The notes below the pieces were generated by a model. It was given only the letters and a program-made list of their open reading frames with translations, did not search any database and was not told the DNA's origin. A stretch of DNA of 64,000 bases from positions 64,001 to 128,000 of IMG/VR virus record IMGVR_UViG_3300023179_000016. One strand, written 5' to 3'. The stretch's first letter is position 1, and each line of letters begins with the position of its first letter. A program made the translations under genes and the position numbers. Source of the stretch: a virus. This document shows positions 28,437-40,246 of the stretch, piece after piece.

Positions 28437-30967
28437 TGGCAGATAATAAAGGCAAAATAGATCAACTACATGATCTTCTACCTAGAGGCTTTAATAGCCG
28501 CAACAATGCCAATTGGAAGGCAATGGTAGAGGCCTTTGGCGAACAAGATCAAAAGATATTCGATCTGATATCGGAAGTTAGAAAACAATTCTTTGTTAAG
28601 ACAGCGTCTCGTCCATATCTTGATAGGTTAGGTGCAAATAATAAGATTGCTAGACCTAAATTAGTCGGCATGGATGATCCGTCTTTTAGACAGTATATAC
28701 CGATACTTTCTTATCAACCTAAGCAAGTAAAACTGATAATAGATAAATTACTAGACGTATTCTTCTTCAAAGAATCAACCACTGCATTTATCACTACTCA
28801 GAACTTTGGACCATTTAATTTCGACGACGGATGGGAATTAGAGTTATTTATCGATGAGCAATATACAGATCGAGTCGTTTTTACTAATGCAGACTTTACA
28901 GATATACATGCTGCAACAGCAAATGAAACAGTGGCGGCAATTAATAGACAAACAAAGCACTGTTATGCCACATCGTATTATGATAGTATCACTAAAAACA
29001 CATATATAAGAATCTTTACTAATACTATAGGTTCTAAAGGTTCACTACGTATTAAGGGCGGAAGAATAAATACTGCAATTAGATTAAACGGTTTTATCGA
29101 TGCTGCAGGTGTCGGATCAAATACGCAGTGGAGTGTCACAAAAGTTGGAGATGAGGTTGTTTTTCAATATGTTGGAGGCACATCGCCTGCGATAGATCAG
29201 TTGCAAGTCGGCGACATAGCCATAATCAATATTCCGGGAAACGTTGGATCGTTTGAGATTAAAAGCATAGATCTAGTCAATAATAATATAAGTTTTAAAA
29301 ATCTTTTTGCCACAGTTGGTCTATATACTCAGACATCTGAATATGATATAAAGTTTATAAGACCTAAAAAATATGTCGCATACACGAATGTGCGTAGAGC
29401 AATGACTTGGGAAACCACTTCTGGAGAAGTAGTGGTAGAGATACCTACCTCTCCACCGGTCGTTAAGAGATCATTAAGGGGATCGTTCCACACTAATGGT
29501 GTATTTAGTCAAATGTCTAATAGAGACTCAGATAACTCTATGACATTAGTAGATGCATATCTATTCCCAGAATCTGGTTCTTTTGTAATGGAAGAATCTA
29601 GAGAAATGTTGACTAGAATGCTAACAAGTTCTGAAAACGAGATAGTTTCTAAAAAGAATCAATATAGATTACAGCATCCAGTTACTGTATATGAATTTTC
29701 TAGCAGAACTGTTTTAAATACCACTGGAGATATTCTAGCTGGAACAACGCAGATTACGAATCTTGCTAGTACTGTCGGAATTCAAATAGGGCAACAAGTA
29801 TCGATGGATGGTGTTCCGGGTTATTCTCGTGTCGTAAGCATATCTGGTTCCACCGTCAATATTTCTTTCCCCGCAAGCTCTACAATATTAGGCGGACAAA
29901 TAAAATTTTTAGGTAACACGCTAAACGGAATAACCCCAAGTTTACCAAAATTAGCGTCATTAAACGAATATTCGCTATCTTCAATAACTAGGGTATCAGA
30001 TGTCGTAACAGCTACTACATCTATGCCTAATGATTATGTAGTGGGCGAATATACTGTAATATATGGGTGCGATGGGATCTTAGTTGCATCTGAAACAGGT
30101 GACACAACAAATCTATCGAACACTATACTTAATTTAAGTAGCACATCTGGAATAGTTCCGGGCATGCTAGTAGCAGGTCCTGGAATTCCAATTGGCACAA
30201 CCGTAGTATCTGTAGGCATATCTTCTATAATTATAAGTGATTTTGCCACTGCAACATCGATAGGTGTTAATTTAACTTTTAGTGAGAATTTAAACGGAGC
30301 ATATAAGATAGAATCGGTATCTGGTTCTACTTTTAGTTTTACTGCACCTGGGTCCAATGGAACACCCTTGATCCCTGGTTCAGTTAGAGTAGAAAGAATG
30401 GGTTTATCAAACTCTGGTTCCAAAATAATAGTCCTTGACGCGATACATAGTGAAGTCAGTAGAATATCTGGCTCATATGTTTGGGATAAAACGGCGCCCT
30501 ATGTATTATCTTCTAGTGCTTCAGAAATAACAGATGAGATTAAGGCTGGAAAAATAGTTAGATTGCTAAATACAACTGCCAACACTATGCCAGATTCTGG
30601 CGGATATGTCATATTTGACTATGGGAGAGAGAATCAAGAGGGTCCTGTAAGATATTTATATAAGCCAACCGATAATACTTTGGCCATAGATCCATCTTAC
30701 ACATTTCAACATGGTCATTCGGTAGGGTCACCGGTTATAGCTATTAGTAAAAAGGGCCCTCATGCAGTCAGTACTAGCGGCAAGGAGTATTCACCATATA
30801 TCACAGATCCATCTGAGGCCAGATTCATATTGCAGGACCTAGTTAAGTCTATAAAGAGTGCTGGCATATTCGTGAATTTCTTAGTTAGATATCCAGAACA
30901 GCTATACGGCGTACTAGATGTATATAATGAGCAAAATCTAGGGGCTGGAGCTCCATTTAGTGACTAA
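28436..30967 (+). CDS. Baseplate wedge subunit (gpI/gp7-like) with insertions
   Basis: TASRPYLDRLG...MDDPSFR; C-terminal IKSAGI; TAATG coupling to the J gene. Confidence 0.7.
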   Translation: MADNKGKIDQLHDLLPRGFNSRNNANWKAMVEAFGEQDQKIFDLISEVRKQFFVKTASRPYLDRLGANNKIARPKLVGMDDPSFRQYIPILSYQPKQVKLIIDKLLDVFFFKESTTAFITTQNFGPFNFDDGWELELFIDEQYTDRVVFTNADFTDIHAATANETVAAINRQTKHCYATSYYDSITKNTYIRIFTNTIGSKGSLRIKGGRINTAIRLNGFIDAAGVGSNTQWSVTKVGDEVVFQYVGGTSPAIDQLQVGDIAIINIPGNVGSFEIKSIDLVNNNISFKNLFATVGLYTQTSEYDIKFIRPKKYVAYTNVRRAMTWETTSGEVVVEIPTSPPVVKRSLRGSFHTNGVFSQMSNRDSDNSMTLVDAYLFPESGSFVMEESREMLTRMLTSSENEIVSKKNQYRLQHPVTVYEFSSRTVLNTTGDILAGTTQITNLASTVGIQIGQQVSMDGVPGYSRVVSISGSTVNISFPASSTILGGQIKFLGNTLNGITPSLPKLASLNEYSLSSITRVSDVVTATTSMPNDYVVGEYTVIYGCDGILVASETGDTTNLSNTILNLSSTSGIVPGMLVAGPGIPIGTTVVSVGISSIIISDFATATSIGVNLTFSENLNGAYKIESVSGSTFSFTAPGSNGTPLIPGSVRVERMGLSNSGSKIIVLDAIHSEVSRISGSYVWDKTAPYVLSSSASEITDEIKAGKIVRLLNTTANTMPDSGGYVIFDYGRENQEGPVRYLYKPTDNTLAIDPSYTFQHGHSVGSPVIAISKKGPHAVSTSGKEYSPYITDPSEARFILQDLVKSIKSAGIFVNFLVRYPEQLYGVLDVYNEQNLGAGAPFSD

Positions 30968-31034
30968 TAAATATAAATATTGATATTTAAACTAACATCT
31001 AACGCAGTATAATTTAATCACATAGGAGCTAAAC

Positions 31035-34000
31035 GTGGCTGTATTAGGAAGAGTTCTAATTAGTTCTGGTGAGCGCTTAGATTTACCAGATTTACTCAGT
31101 GTTGATTCATATACTGCAGGTGATTTTAAATTTCTATTAAAGGGTCTAGTAGGCGAAGATACGCCCTATATCTTAAAAGGCTTTGACATAATAGATCCTG
31201 AAAATGCTATCGGTACTCAAAGCTGCTCTATTAGAGTGGCAGATTCCGTCGTATTTTATCCTGGTTCTGGTGCTGGATCTTTTTATCACGGTCTAGAAGA
31301 AGGAAATACGCTTTCTGCACCGCTAGTTCCAGAACTTAGAAAAAATGCAGTCAACTATATATATTTAACTTTTTCTACCACAAATACTTCCATAGATACT
31401 AGGGCATTCTGGGATCCAGACAAGGACGGCGGCAACGGTGGAGAGTTTACACAAGACGTTAATACAGAGTCTGTCTTAAAAGTAGAAGTAAACGTATCGG
31501 TAGGATCGTTCCCACAAAATACTATACCGATTGCAAAAGTTACAGTTGGCGCTGTCGTAATATCCTCAATAGAGGATGCCAGAACCATGCTGTTCCGTTT
31601 AGGGACTGGTGGTATAAATCCAAATCCGTTTAATACGTATGCTTGGAGATCTCTTCCTGCCACTGCGTATCAAAGAACAGAACCACCTACAAAAACAACA
31701 GCGGGTGGAGTTAATCCATTTCAAGGTGCAGATAAAAACATCTATACTCTAAAAGAATGGATGGACGTAATAATGTCTAAACTCCGAGAAATCGGAGGCA
31801 CAACATATTGGTATGAAGACATATCTACGTATAGTTTAATATCTAGCTTTGTAGACGCAACAAGCACCGCCTTTAAATCAAAGGGTAAATGGCTACACGA
31901 TTCTTCGACTCCTGGTTTATTAACCTGGACAGAAGATGTTCACATTAAAACCACATCTGATTTAAGAACATACATCGTTAGAAGTGGCAGTAAAACATTA
32001 ACTGATGAGCAGGTAATGTATCTGCCATTGACTAGAAATCAACCAATAAACACAACAGATGATGTAGTTGATTGGGTCAATGGACAGGCGTGTGTTAATA
32101 CAATTGGCGGATCAGTTGGATTATTTTCTCAATTATCAAAAGGCGATTACGTAAAAAAAATAAACGACTCAAATGATAAGTTCTTAAGAGTCGAAGAATT
32201 CTACGATTCCATCAACTTAAGCGGATCGACCACTACATCATCTTTAGCAAAATCAATTAGATTAAGCTCTAATTATCTTGGCACCAGCGGTGCTGAAAAG
32301 GGCCGATACGATAAGGGCATATACGCCGTATCAGACGTTATTGTTTCTGACAGAAATCAAACAACCATAAGCTCAGTCGGTGGTAATTTCCACTGGATGG
32401 CTATGCGTAGTGACTCTATACAGAATATTTCTTCTATATCTACTACATATCTAAGCATAAATATAGAAGAACATGATGGAGCAACTGCATTAGTGACATC
32501 TACTAGTCCTCATGGTCTTGTAGATGGAGATAGAATCACTATAACTGGTTCTGCAAACTTTAATGGGACGTATACAGTAGAGGTGGAAACAACCACCACT
32601 CTCTATATCGCAAAGACTGGTGGAACCTTTGCAGATGAATATTCAAGATCTGCTCAATACGCGACGGTAACCACTTCAGCAAGATACACACCATACAGTC
32701 TTCAATTAGAATCTGCAAACCACGGTTTTAAGACAAACGACACGATTACGGTTTCTGGTACTACAAATTACAATGGGTCTTATAAGATCAGTGTAAGAAG
32801 CGATAATACGTTTACCATACCTGTGCCGTCTTATCTTTCATCTGAAAGTGTCGGCTCTGCTACATTAGCTAAAACTATAGTTAGAACAGAAGGGTCTGTA
32901 ATTCAGGTAGTTCAAGGTGAAGGAGCCGCAATAGGCGGGGATTCTGTGGAAAGCATCAGACAGTTTGTCGGAATGCAGTCTCTTACAGAAACAAATCCGT
33001 CGTATGCCGTGCCTGCATCTTACAATACCATAGACGGTTTTGTAAATTATAATTCTTCTGCCAGCGAAAATCTTACTGCAAGAGTTTCTAAGCTAACCGC
33101 AATGATGGCAGATAAAGCTCAAGACAAGACCATCAAATTAATGCCATCTGGCTATCAGAGTATTACTAATACTACCAGCGGCGCATATCAACAGATCACT
33201 TTCAACGCATTACCATCAGGAACTCCTCGTTTAGATGTTGTATTGCCTAGTTCTACAAACAATGGATATGCGCTGCTAAGCGGCAATATTTCATTACAGA
33301 CAAATCAAGCGGCCTATATACAGATTGACAGAAATGCAGCATTTTCTTATGCAAATCTAGCAGCTGTCACTATTGCAAACATAAAATCAGTTCCATTAGA
33401 TGAAAATGTCTTAGTGTTGGCGCTTAGAACTACCGGTACAAATGTTTGGCTTTGGGACGGCTTAAATGTTGTTGCAGGAGCTACTGTTCCCACGCTGTCG
33501 TATTTGGACACCATAGTAAGACAGAATCGCACACTCAAGATGATCGGAAATGGCCAGTGGCAATGGAATTTAGCCACTAATACGCTATCTTGGTCAGATG
33601 ATGTCTATATACAGATACCTTCACTATCAGATGCTAGAAACACTATACCTGCAGGCAGCGCAGTATTATCTGGCAATGATATAGTTGCATACGTAGATAT
33701 CAATAGAAGTTCTGGTGCAACTACTAATTTAACTGTCAATACTGCCAATATAAGTTCTCTGACATTAAATGACGACAGGGTAATAATTGCAAGAAGATAT
33801 CAGGATGACGTTATAGTAGGTAGTAACTCCATGCGTCTAGTCCACGGAGATCTTAAGGGACTAGACTCTGACGATAAAATCGTAAAAGTAACTGTTGTCG
33901 ACAATATAAATTTTGCTTTACCTACGGGTACTTCTATTACTGTAGATGGAATAAGTCTAGCCAACGGGGACACAGTCTTATTCACTAAAGCAAATAAAGT

Positions 34001-37000
34001 ATGCATGCTAACAGGCGTTGGCACTTCGTTGACATGGACGCAATTAAATTCGTTTAATGGTGCTACTACTCCACCAGAAGGAGCACTAGTATTCTCTAAA
34101 AATGGCACTAGCGCATACAATACGCTATGGATGAGATCTGGATCTGCTTGGAGACAAGTAGAGCACACCCAAATAACAAAAGAACCAACCGGATTTCCGA
34201 ATAGAACAGATACCACTATAAGCTTCAACAATAGCACTAGAACATTTACAATAACTCCAACAGGCGCTTTCTTTGAAGTATATCAAAAAGGTAAACCATA
34301 TAGATTTGACTCTGCTCAGAGCAAGACGATAACTAATACAGAAGGCCTGCACTACATATATTTTGATAATGGTATTCTTCAGTCTACTCAGACATTTGAT
34401 ATAGCTATAATAAAAGAATACGTATTTGTCGCAACTATTCAGTGGGATGCAACTAATCAAGTCAGAATAATGTTTGGCGACGAACGTCACGGTCTCACTA
34501 TGGATGGCGAGACGCATTCATATCTGCATCAATCTATAGGTGCTAGATATATAAGTGGACTATCTGCTGGTAATTTTACTACCTCAGGTACTGGTTCATC
34601 TAATTCAGACGCTCAACTCTCTATAGCGAATGGTACAGTCAGAGATGAAGACCTATCGTTTGACTACACAAATTCTGCTACACCAACTCAACCATTTCAG
34701 CAGATACTAAGTCCAATCGCTAATATACCGATGTACTACAGAAGTGGTGCTAGCGGCAATTGGAGAAAAGATACAGCCACAGCATATTCATTAAAACAAG
34801 GAACTAGCAGGATCAAATGGAACAATCCCGCGGGTCCATGGACCACGCCAGATGCGTCATCTGACGATAACTATGTGGCTGTTTGGCTTTTTTCAAGTAA
34901 CAGCCAAGAAGAACCAATTATAGGTATTGTTGGCCAAAGAGAAGACACTACATTAAATAATGCTCTAGCGAATAACACGTATGAATCTATTTCTTTTGGA
35001 AGTCTTCCATCTCTAGAATTGAAAGTGCTATATCGCCTAATATTCCAGACCTCATCTGCATATACCAACGCCGTCAAAGCAAGACTTGTAGATGTTAGAG
35101 ATCTTCGTAGAGCAGTAGATGTATCATTAGGTGCATATGCTCCTAGTGATCACGGTCTATTAACTGGGTTGACTGATCAAGATCACCCGGATTATTCTAT
35201 ATTTGTGAATAGTCCTTCATCTTATGTTGGTGCCCTAAAACAGATTCAAGTATCAGACAATAATGATGTTCAAAAAGCCCTTAACAGCCTAGATAGATTT
35301 TTTGCTCAGATGAGGCTTGCACCGCACCCAAGCAATGGCAATAGGGTGATAATGTCTGGGGCAGATCAGGCTCTAACTAACGGCATAACACTCACGCAGA
35401 ACATCAAGGATCTGATGATATCGTTTGATGGTGCGCAGATAGATTTCTCTACTGGCGCTGTATATAAAGCAGATGGATTAACAGCGCTCGGCGTCAATTT
35501 TACGCCTGCTACCATAACATCTAATCAGTATCGCTGGTATTCCATTACTGGAATAGCATCTTCGATAAATTCTGATAACACGATAAATCTTCAGTTAATA
35601 GTGTTACCTGCGTCAGGTGATGGAGCTACTCCAACTGCAGCACCAAAAGCTGCCTATGCAAAAGGTATACAAATAGGTTCAATTGTAGTTCGTGAAAATG
35701 GTTTAGGCGGCATAACCGCAATTACTGCCTCTAGCATAAGACAGCTTGGTATAGGTGGAGGCGGTAGCAGTAGTGATACTGGTAGCGGTCTAGGCGACGA
35801 TATAAATACACTTCGCTTTAAGGCAAGTTTCAGCGATGATTTTTCAGATAGTCCAACTAGCTCATCAAGCGCAGTCAATAGCTCTCTTACTACAGCATCA
35901 TATAATACGGCAAATACACTATATCGTCTGAGCTATGACGCATCGAGAACCGTTACTGGTACAGGCACATCGATGACGCTATCTGGCACACCATCATACA
36001 CCGTTGTAGCAGGAGACATGTTGGTTGTTGGATCTGAAGCTCGGCGCATAGTAACAGTATCTACTCAGACTTCTTATATTATAGAATCAGCATTCAGCTC
36101 TAATCCATCTGGTGCAGCCGCTTGCGTTTCTCAGGCTGTTCACACCAATGATGTTAGAGCCCATAATGAAAATTCTACAGGTCTTGCACTTAACTCGGTA
36201 ATAACAGACTCTGTAAATACTTTCATGCTTCGCTACAGAGATAGCGCCGCATCTGGTGACACTATCTGGGATTTCCCAAGCTCGGCACTGATTGCTGCCA
36301 GCGCCTCTGCAGATAATTCAAATTGGACTGCACCATTCACACGTGTAACTTCATTGAGCGCACAAGAACCAATACGCACCGTATCTGTATCTGGTTCTCA
36401 ATTTAGAGTAAGATTCTTCGCCAACGCAGTAAGCGGAACGGGCGCTGTAAACATACTAGATTATAAGGCGTATCTCCATGAAGATATCGGCACTGTATCT
36501 GGCACCACTATGGATCAAGCATATTGCTTGACTAACGGTACAGGCACCAGTGTAAATTGTTCTGTATCTTCTGCGACAGGTAAAACTCGCATCACTACTA
36601 CTTGGGCCTATGCCACCTCTGTTAATCCTGGTACCCAGCAAGGTCAAATAATGGTGATATTGGACGGCAAAATATTGCCGCGCTATATCGATGCCACTTT
36701 GACTCCTAGCGGTTATTATAAAGAGATATCTGGCCAAGTGATAGAGTTAGATTCTAATTATAGCAGCGTCGCTCTTGAGATTGATATCAAGAAGATGGTC
36801 AATGCTGTTGATACTACGAGTCAAAACAGCACTAATATAAGCTATATACAAGACATGAGCACCGCTGGTCTTCAAGGGTTTGTTGACGAGAGTTCTGTAT
36901 TAATTGCCTCTAGTACTATGACTGCTGGCCAACTTGGCGGTAACGGTATATTTAGAAGCACCATTACAAATCGCGCTTCTATTCCCGATCTAGCGAATGA

Positions 37001-39281
37001 TTTAAAAGTTAGAATCGGCGTAGACAGAATAATAACTCAGGGCATATATCAGATACAGAATGAGTCTGGTTCAAACGGTGAACCAGTTTGGGGGGTACTA
37101 AACGACGATAGAAATCTAATTAGATTTATTGGCGGTGGTTGGGGTAGCTATGTAGGAACAGAGTCTGCATCGATAAGCAACAACAATACGGCAAATTCTT
37201 CTATAGAAATTACTTTTTATGGTACTGGTTTAAATATACTAATGGTAAGAGATGTTGGACAAGCACCAGCATTAAGTTATCAATTAGACGGTCAGCCGCA
37301 AGTTTCATTCTTGTCTGGAACATTTTCTCAAGTAATTAACTTTAAGAATTATGCGTCAAATTCTATAGTTTCTGTTGTATCCAATCAGACTTTAGGTTTA
37401 CATACTGTAAAAATAAATCAAACCAATACAGCATATTGGGAAGTATACGGATTTGAAGTATTAAACGAGTCTGCAAATGTAAATGTTCGTCCAGGTATCG
37501 CATATGGCGGCGGTAAAAAATTAATATCGTCTTCTGCATCAAGTGTCGCCTATAATGGCGGAACATTTGATTCTGTTACACAAGATGGAGTATCTACATC
37601 GTTCTCTACTACTCGTGGAGCCCGAGTATTAACTTATATCAAATCAGATGGAACTATAGGTAAATCAGCTTATCTTACTAATGCTTCTTCACTTGAATTG
37701 ACATCAGCAAATCATACTTACGAAGAAGTAGCTAGAACGTACTATCCCAGAGAATTTGGCAGCGGTAGAACGCTAGACGATTCTTCTAACCTGCTTGCCT
37801 TTAATAATTTATTTGATACTGCAGGACCAAGGGGTTTTACGCTAGATGATGGCGTAACCACACTAGTTGCAAGTAAATCAATTATAGCAACTACAGGCGG
37901 CGTTGAAGTATTAAGGGTAGGTTATCAAAGTACGGCAAATGATTATGTAATGTTTACTTTCGTAGGTACCGGTCTAGACATTATGCATGTGGAAGCTAGT
38001 TCTCAATCTAGTCCAGATTCATATACATATTCTATAGATAGTTCTAGTCCTCAACCGCTATTAACTACTGGTATAACTACTCCAACTATTCAAAAAATAG
38101 TATCTGGCTTACCATATGGCACGCACACGTTAATAATTAAACGTTCAAATACGAATCCTACTTATTGGGACTATGGTATAGTAAAATTTATAGTGTATCA
38201 ACCTAAAAAACCATCTATTCCTGCGGGTGCGATAGAACTAGCAGATCACAATATAATGGCTAATTTTGCCTTTGCCGGTGCTGGTCAATATACCGTATCT
38301 ACCGGCACCTTAAGAAGAAACAACATGAGAGAGGCCATATATAGTGGATCTAGTTGGGTACTTGGAACAAGCTATACTAGCACATGGGGCACTGGAATAT
38401 ATACTGAAACTAATAGTCAAAACGCATATATAGAGTATACGTTTTTTGGTACCGGTTTTGATTGGAAGCATATAACTAATACAACTCAAACATCTAATTG
38501 CACAGTAACGTTAAATGGATCGCCATTAAACAACACATATCCTGGAGCAGCATCTATAACGGTAAGACATGCAGGTAACGGAGGCTTTTCAAGTTCTCCA
38601 ACATTAAGCAATAGTAGTGCACTTTTAAGTACACTTACTTCAAACATTTTAAACAAAAACGGAAGTCTCGCTTCTGCAAGTTTTGGTATTTCTGGTCTTC
38701 CTTTGGGTCTATATAAACTTAGATTTACTCAAAGTGCTGCCACATCTGCAAGCACATATATGACATCACTTTATCTAGATGTGATCACTCCGATACATTC
38801 ATTAAGATCCAATACAAATTCCAGTATTCAAAATGCTCTTACTGTGGGTAATTGTTCTGTCTCAGACAGCAGGCTTACATCTCCCATAAAGACAGAAAGT
38901 CCAAAAAAGAATATAAATAAGGCGCAAGGCATCACGGGTGGATTAACGCTCACAACAACAGCCAATACATATACAGCTATGACAGATATGATTTTAACTG
39001 TAAAATCTGAAGGTAGTTGGTTCTTAGTTGGTTATAGCGTTAATATGCAAATGAACGGTGCATACGTAGGATGGACTTCAATATATTTAAACGGTGTAAT
39101 AGTTCAAGAAACTGAACAAAGAATATACAGTATAACTGGTGAAATACCTCAATCATGTTATGCCCCAGTATATCTTCCAAAGGGAACACATAATTTAGTA
39201 CTTATGTGGAAAATAAATAATGGAGCTGGCACATTGACTAGTAATTTCACTAACAGAGTAATCACAGCAATCAGCATCTAA
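31035..39281 (+). CDS. Giant tail fibre / baseplate-attached adhesin (2748 aa)
   Basis: AGGAG RBS with GTG start; Ser/Thr-rich beta modules; HGLLTGL.DQDHP fibre motif; three C-terminal F.GTG...HT jelly-roll-like repeats. Confidence 0.75.
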   Translation: MAVLGRVLISSGERLDLPDLLSVDSYTAGDFKFLLKGLVGEDTPYILKGFDIIDPENAIGTQSCSIRVADSVVFYPGSGAGSFYHGLEEGNTLSAPLVPELRKNAVNYIYLTFSTTNTSIDTRAFWDPDKDGGNGGEFTQDVNTESVLKVEVNVSVGSFPQNTIPIAKVTVGAVVISSIEDARTMLFRLGTGGINPNPFNTYAWRSLPATAYQRTEPPTKTTAGGVNPFQGADKNIYTLKEWMDVIMSKLREIGGTTYWYEDISTYSLISSFVDATSTAFKSKGKWLHDSSTPGLLTWTEDVHIKTTSDLRTYIVRSGSKTLTDEQVMYLPLTRNQPINTTDDVVDWVNGQACVNTIGGSVGLFSQLSKGDYVKKINDSNDKFLRVEEFYDSINLSGSTTTSSLAKSIRLSSNYLGTSGAEKGRYDKGIYAVSDVIVSDRNQTTISSVGGNFHWMAMRSDSIQNISSISTTYLSINIEEHDGATALVTSTSPHGLVDGDRITITGSANFNGTYTVEVETTTTLYIAKTGGTFADEYSRSAQYATVTTSARYTPYSLQLESANHGFKTNDTITVSGTTNYNGSYKISVRSDNTFTIPVPSYLSSESVGSATLAKTIVRTEGSVIQVVQGEGAAIGGDSVESIRQFVGMQSLTETNPSYAVPASYNTIDGFVNYNSSASENLTARVSKLTAMMADKAQDKTIKLMPSGYQSITNTTSGAYQQITFNALPSGTPRLDVVLPSSTNNGYALLSGNISLQTNQAAYIQIDRNAAFSYANLAAVTIANIKSVPLDENVLVLALRTTGTNVWLWDGLNVVAGATVPTLSYLDTIVRQNRTLKMIGNGQWQWNLATNTLSWSDDVYIQIPSLSDARNTIPAGSAVLSGNDIVAYVDINRSSGATTNLTVNTANISSLTLNDDRVIIARRYQDDVIVGSNSMRLVHGDLKGLDSDDKIVKVTVVDNINFALPTGTSITVDGISLANGDTVLFTKANKVCMLTGVGTSLTWTQLNSFNGATTPPEGALVFSKNGTSAYNTLWMRSGSAWRQVEHTQITKEPTGFPNRTDTTISFNNSTRTFTITPTGAFFEVYQKGKPYRFDSAQSKTITNTEGLHYIYFDNGILQSTQTFDIAIIKEYVFVATIQWDATNQVRIMFGDERHGLTMDGETHSYLHQSIGARYISGLSAGNFTTSGTGSSNSDAQLSIANGTVRDEDLSFDYTNSATPTQPFQQILSPIANIPMYYRSGASGNWRKDTATAYSLKQGTSRIKWNNPAGPWTTPDASSDDNYVAVWLFSSNSQEEPIIGIVGQREDTTLNNALANNTYESISFGSLPSLELKVLYRLIFQTSSAYTNAVKARLVDVRDLRRAVDVSLGAYAPSDHGLLTGLTDQDHPDYSIFVNSPSSYVGALKQIQVSDNNDVQKALNSLDRFFAQMRLAPHPSNGNRVIMSGADQALTNGITLTQNIKDLMISFDGAQIDFSTGAVYKADGLTALGVNFTPATITSNQYRWYSITGIASSINSDNTINLQLIVLPASGDGATPTAAPKAAYAKGIQIGSIVVRENGLGGITAITASSIRQLGIGGGGSSSDTGSGLGDDINTLRFKASFSDDFSDSPTSSSSAVNSSLTTASYNTANTLYRLSYDASRTVTGTGTSMTLSGTPSYTVVAGDMLVVGSEARRIVTVSTQTSYIIESAFSSNPSGAAACVSQAVHTNDVRAHNENSTGLALNSVITDSVNTFMLRYRDSAASGDTIWDFPSSALIAASASADNSNWTAPFTRVTSLSAQEPIRTVSVSGSQFRVRFFANAVSGTGAVNILDYKAYLHEDIGTVSGTTMDQAYCLTNGTGTSVNCSVSSATGKTRITTTWAYATSVNPGTQQGQIMVILDGKILPRYIDATLTPSGYYKEISGQVIELDSNYSSVALEIDIKKMVNAVDTTSQNSTNISYIQDMSTAGLQGFVDESSVLIASSTMTAGQLGGNGIFRSTITNRASIPDLANDLKVRIGVDRIITQGIYQIQNESGSNGEPVWGVLNDDRNLIRFIGGGWGSYVGTESASISNNNTANSSIEITFYGTGLNILMVRDVGQAPALSYQLDGQPQVSFLSGTFSQVINFKNYASNSIVSVVSNQTLGLHTVKINQTNTAYWEVYGFEVLNESANVNVRPGIAYGGGKKLISSSASSVAYNGGTFDSVTQDGVSTSFSTTRGARVLTYIKSDGTIGKSAYLTNASSLELTSANHTYEEVARTYYPREFGSGRTLDDSSNLLAFNNLFDTAGPRGFTLDDGVTTLVASKSIIATTGGVEVLRVGYQSTANDYVMFTFVGTGLDIMHVEASSQSSPDSYTYSIDSSSPQPLLTTGITTPTIQKIVSGLPYGTHTLIIKRSNTNPTYWDYGIVKFIVYQPKKPSIPAGAIELADHNIMANFAFAGAGQYTVSTGTLRRNNMREAIYSGSSWVLGTSYTSTWGTGIYTETNSQNAYIEYTFFGTGFDWKHITNTTQTSNCTVTLNGSPLNNTYPGAASITVRHAGNGGFSSSPTLSNSSALLSTLTSNILNKNGSLASASFGISGLPLGLYKLRFTQSAATSASTYMTSLYLDVITPIHSLRSNTNSSIQNALTVGNCSVSDSRLTSPIKTESPKKNINKAQGITGGLTLTTTANTYTAMTDMILTVKSEGSWFLVGYSVNMQMNGAYVGWTSIYLNGVIVQETEQRIYSITGEIPQSCYAPVYLPKGTHNLVLMWKINNGAGTLTSNFTNRVITAISI

Positions 39282-39296
39282 TTAAGAGAGATACAT

Positions 39297-39635
39297 ATGG
39301 TTAAATACACTATTGAAATTAAATGGAAAGATCACTCGATAAATCTTGAATCTTTAGAAAAATGGCTAAGAGAAAATGCTGGCGAGCATTATTGCGGCAA
39401 CTCTGCAGATATTAATCTTAGATTGCACTTTTTAGAAGAACCATCTGAAGATGTAAAAGACGCAATCATGGCAAAAATGGAAGAACTAGATGATCCAGAG
39501 CATGAGATGTGCAAGTCTTATATGTCTCATGCAGAAAAGACAGAGGCGAAGAAGAAAGCAAAAGAATCTGCCATTAGGGCACTTGCAGATGTATCTGGTC
39601 TATCTAAAGAACAAGTAGAGGCCTTATTGGGATAA
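39297..39635 (+). CDS. Hypothetical protein, possible fibre assembly chaperone
   Basis: Small acidic ORF directly after the fibre gene. Confidence 0.45.
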   Translation: MVKYTIEIKWKDHSINLESLEKWLRENAGEHYCGNSADINLRLHFLEEPSEDVKDAIMAKMEELDDPEHEMCKSYMSHAEKTEAKKKAKESAIRALADVSGLSKEQVEALLG

Positions 39636-39638
39636 TTT

Positions 39639-40190
39639 ATGGCTAGGATAGCTGGTATTCATTACAATCCTGACGTCATCGGATCAGTTAAACCTTTTGC
39701 AGGATCAGATCTGCCGATTGGTTTTCTTTTCTGCGATGGTTCCCCAATATCCAGAACCGCCTATCCCTTATTGTTTGCTGCAATTGGAACTACTTATGGC
39801 GTTGGTGACGGTTCTACAACCTTTAATTTACCTGATTTTCGTGGTCGAGCTGCAATAGGTAAAGATAATATGGGTGGCACAGCCGCAAATAGAATCACTG
39901 CTGCAGGTTCTGGTATAACTGGTACTACCTTAGGTGCTACAGGTGGCGCAGAAACACATACACTAAGTATTGCTCAAACACCGTCTCATTATCACCATTT
40001 AACTACAGCAAATAACAACGGATGGGCATACGATAACAATTTCTCAAATCCTAATAACAAGTGGTCTTCTGTTGTAGCCATAAATAGCGGCTTATATTCT
40101 GCGGATAGATCTGAATCAATTGGAGGAGATGGGCCTCACAACAATACGCAACCATCATTAGTTATTAATTATGTCATTAAGGCATCGTAA
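39639..40190 (+). CDS. Phage tail collar domain protein
   Basis: IGSVKPFAG...GFLFCDG...YPLLFAAIGTTYG.GDGSTTFNLPDFRGR...GGAETHTL...HNNTQP...NYVIK. Confidence 0.9.
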   Translation: MARIAGIHYNPDVIGSVKPFAGSDLPIGFLFCDGSPISRTAYPLLFAAIGTTYGVGDGSTTFNLPDFRGRAAIGKDNMGGTAANRITAAGSGITGTTLGATGGAETHTLSIAQTPSHYHHLTTANNNGWAYDNNFSNPNNKWSSVVAINSGLYSADRSESIGGDGPHNNTQPSLVINYVIKAS

Positions 40191-40246
40191 TATAAACTTA
40201 TATGATCATAAATTACCTTATTAAAATTAACAATTAAGAGAAGACA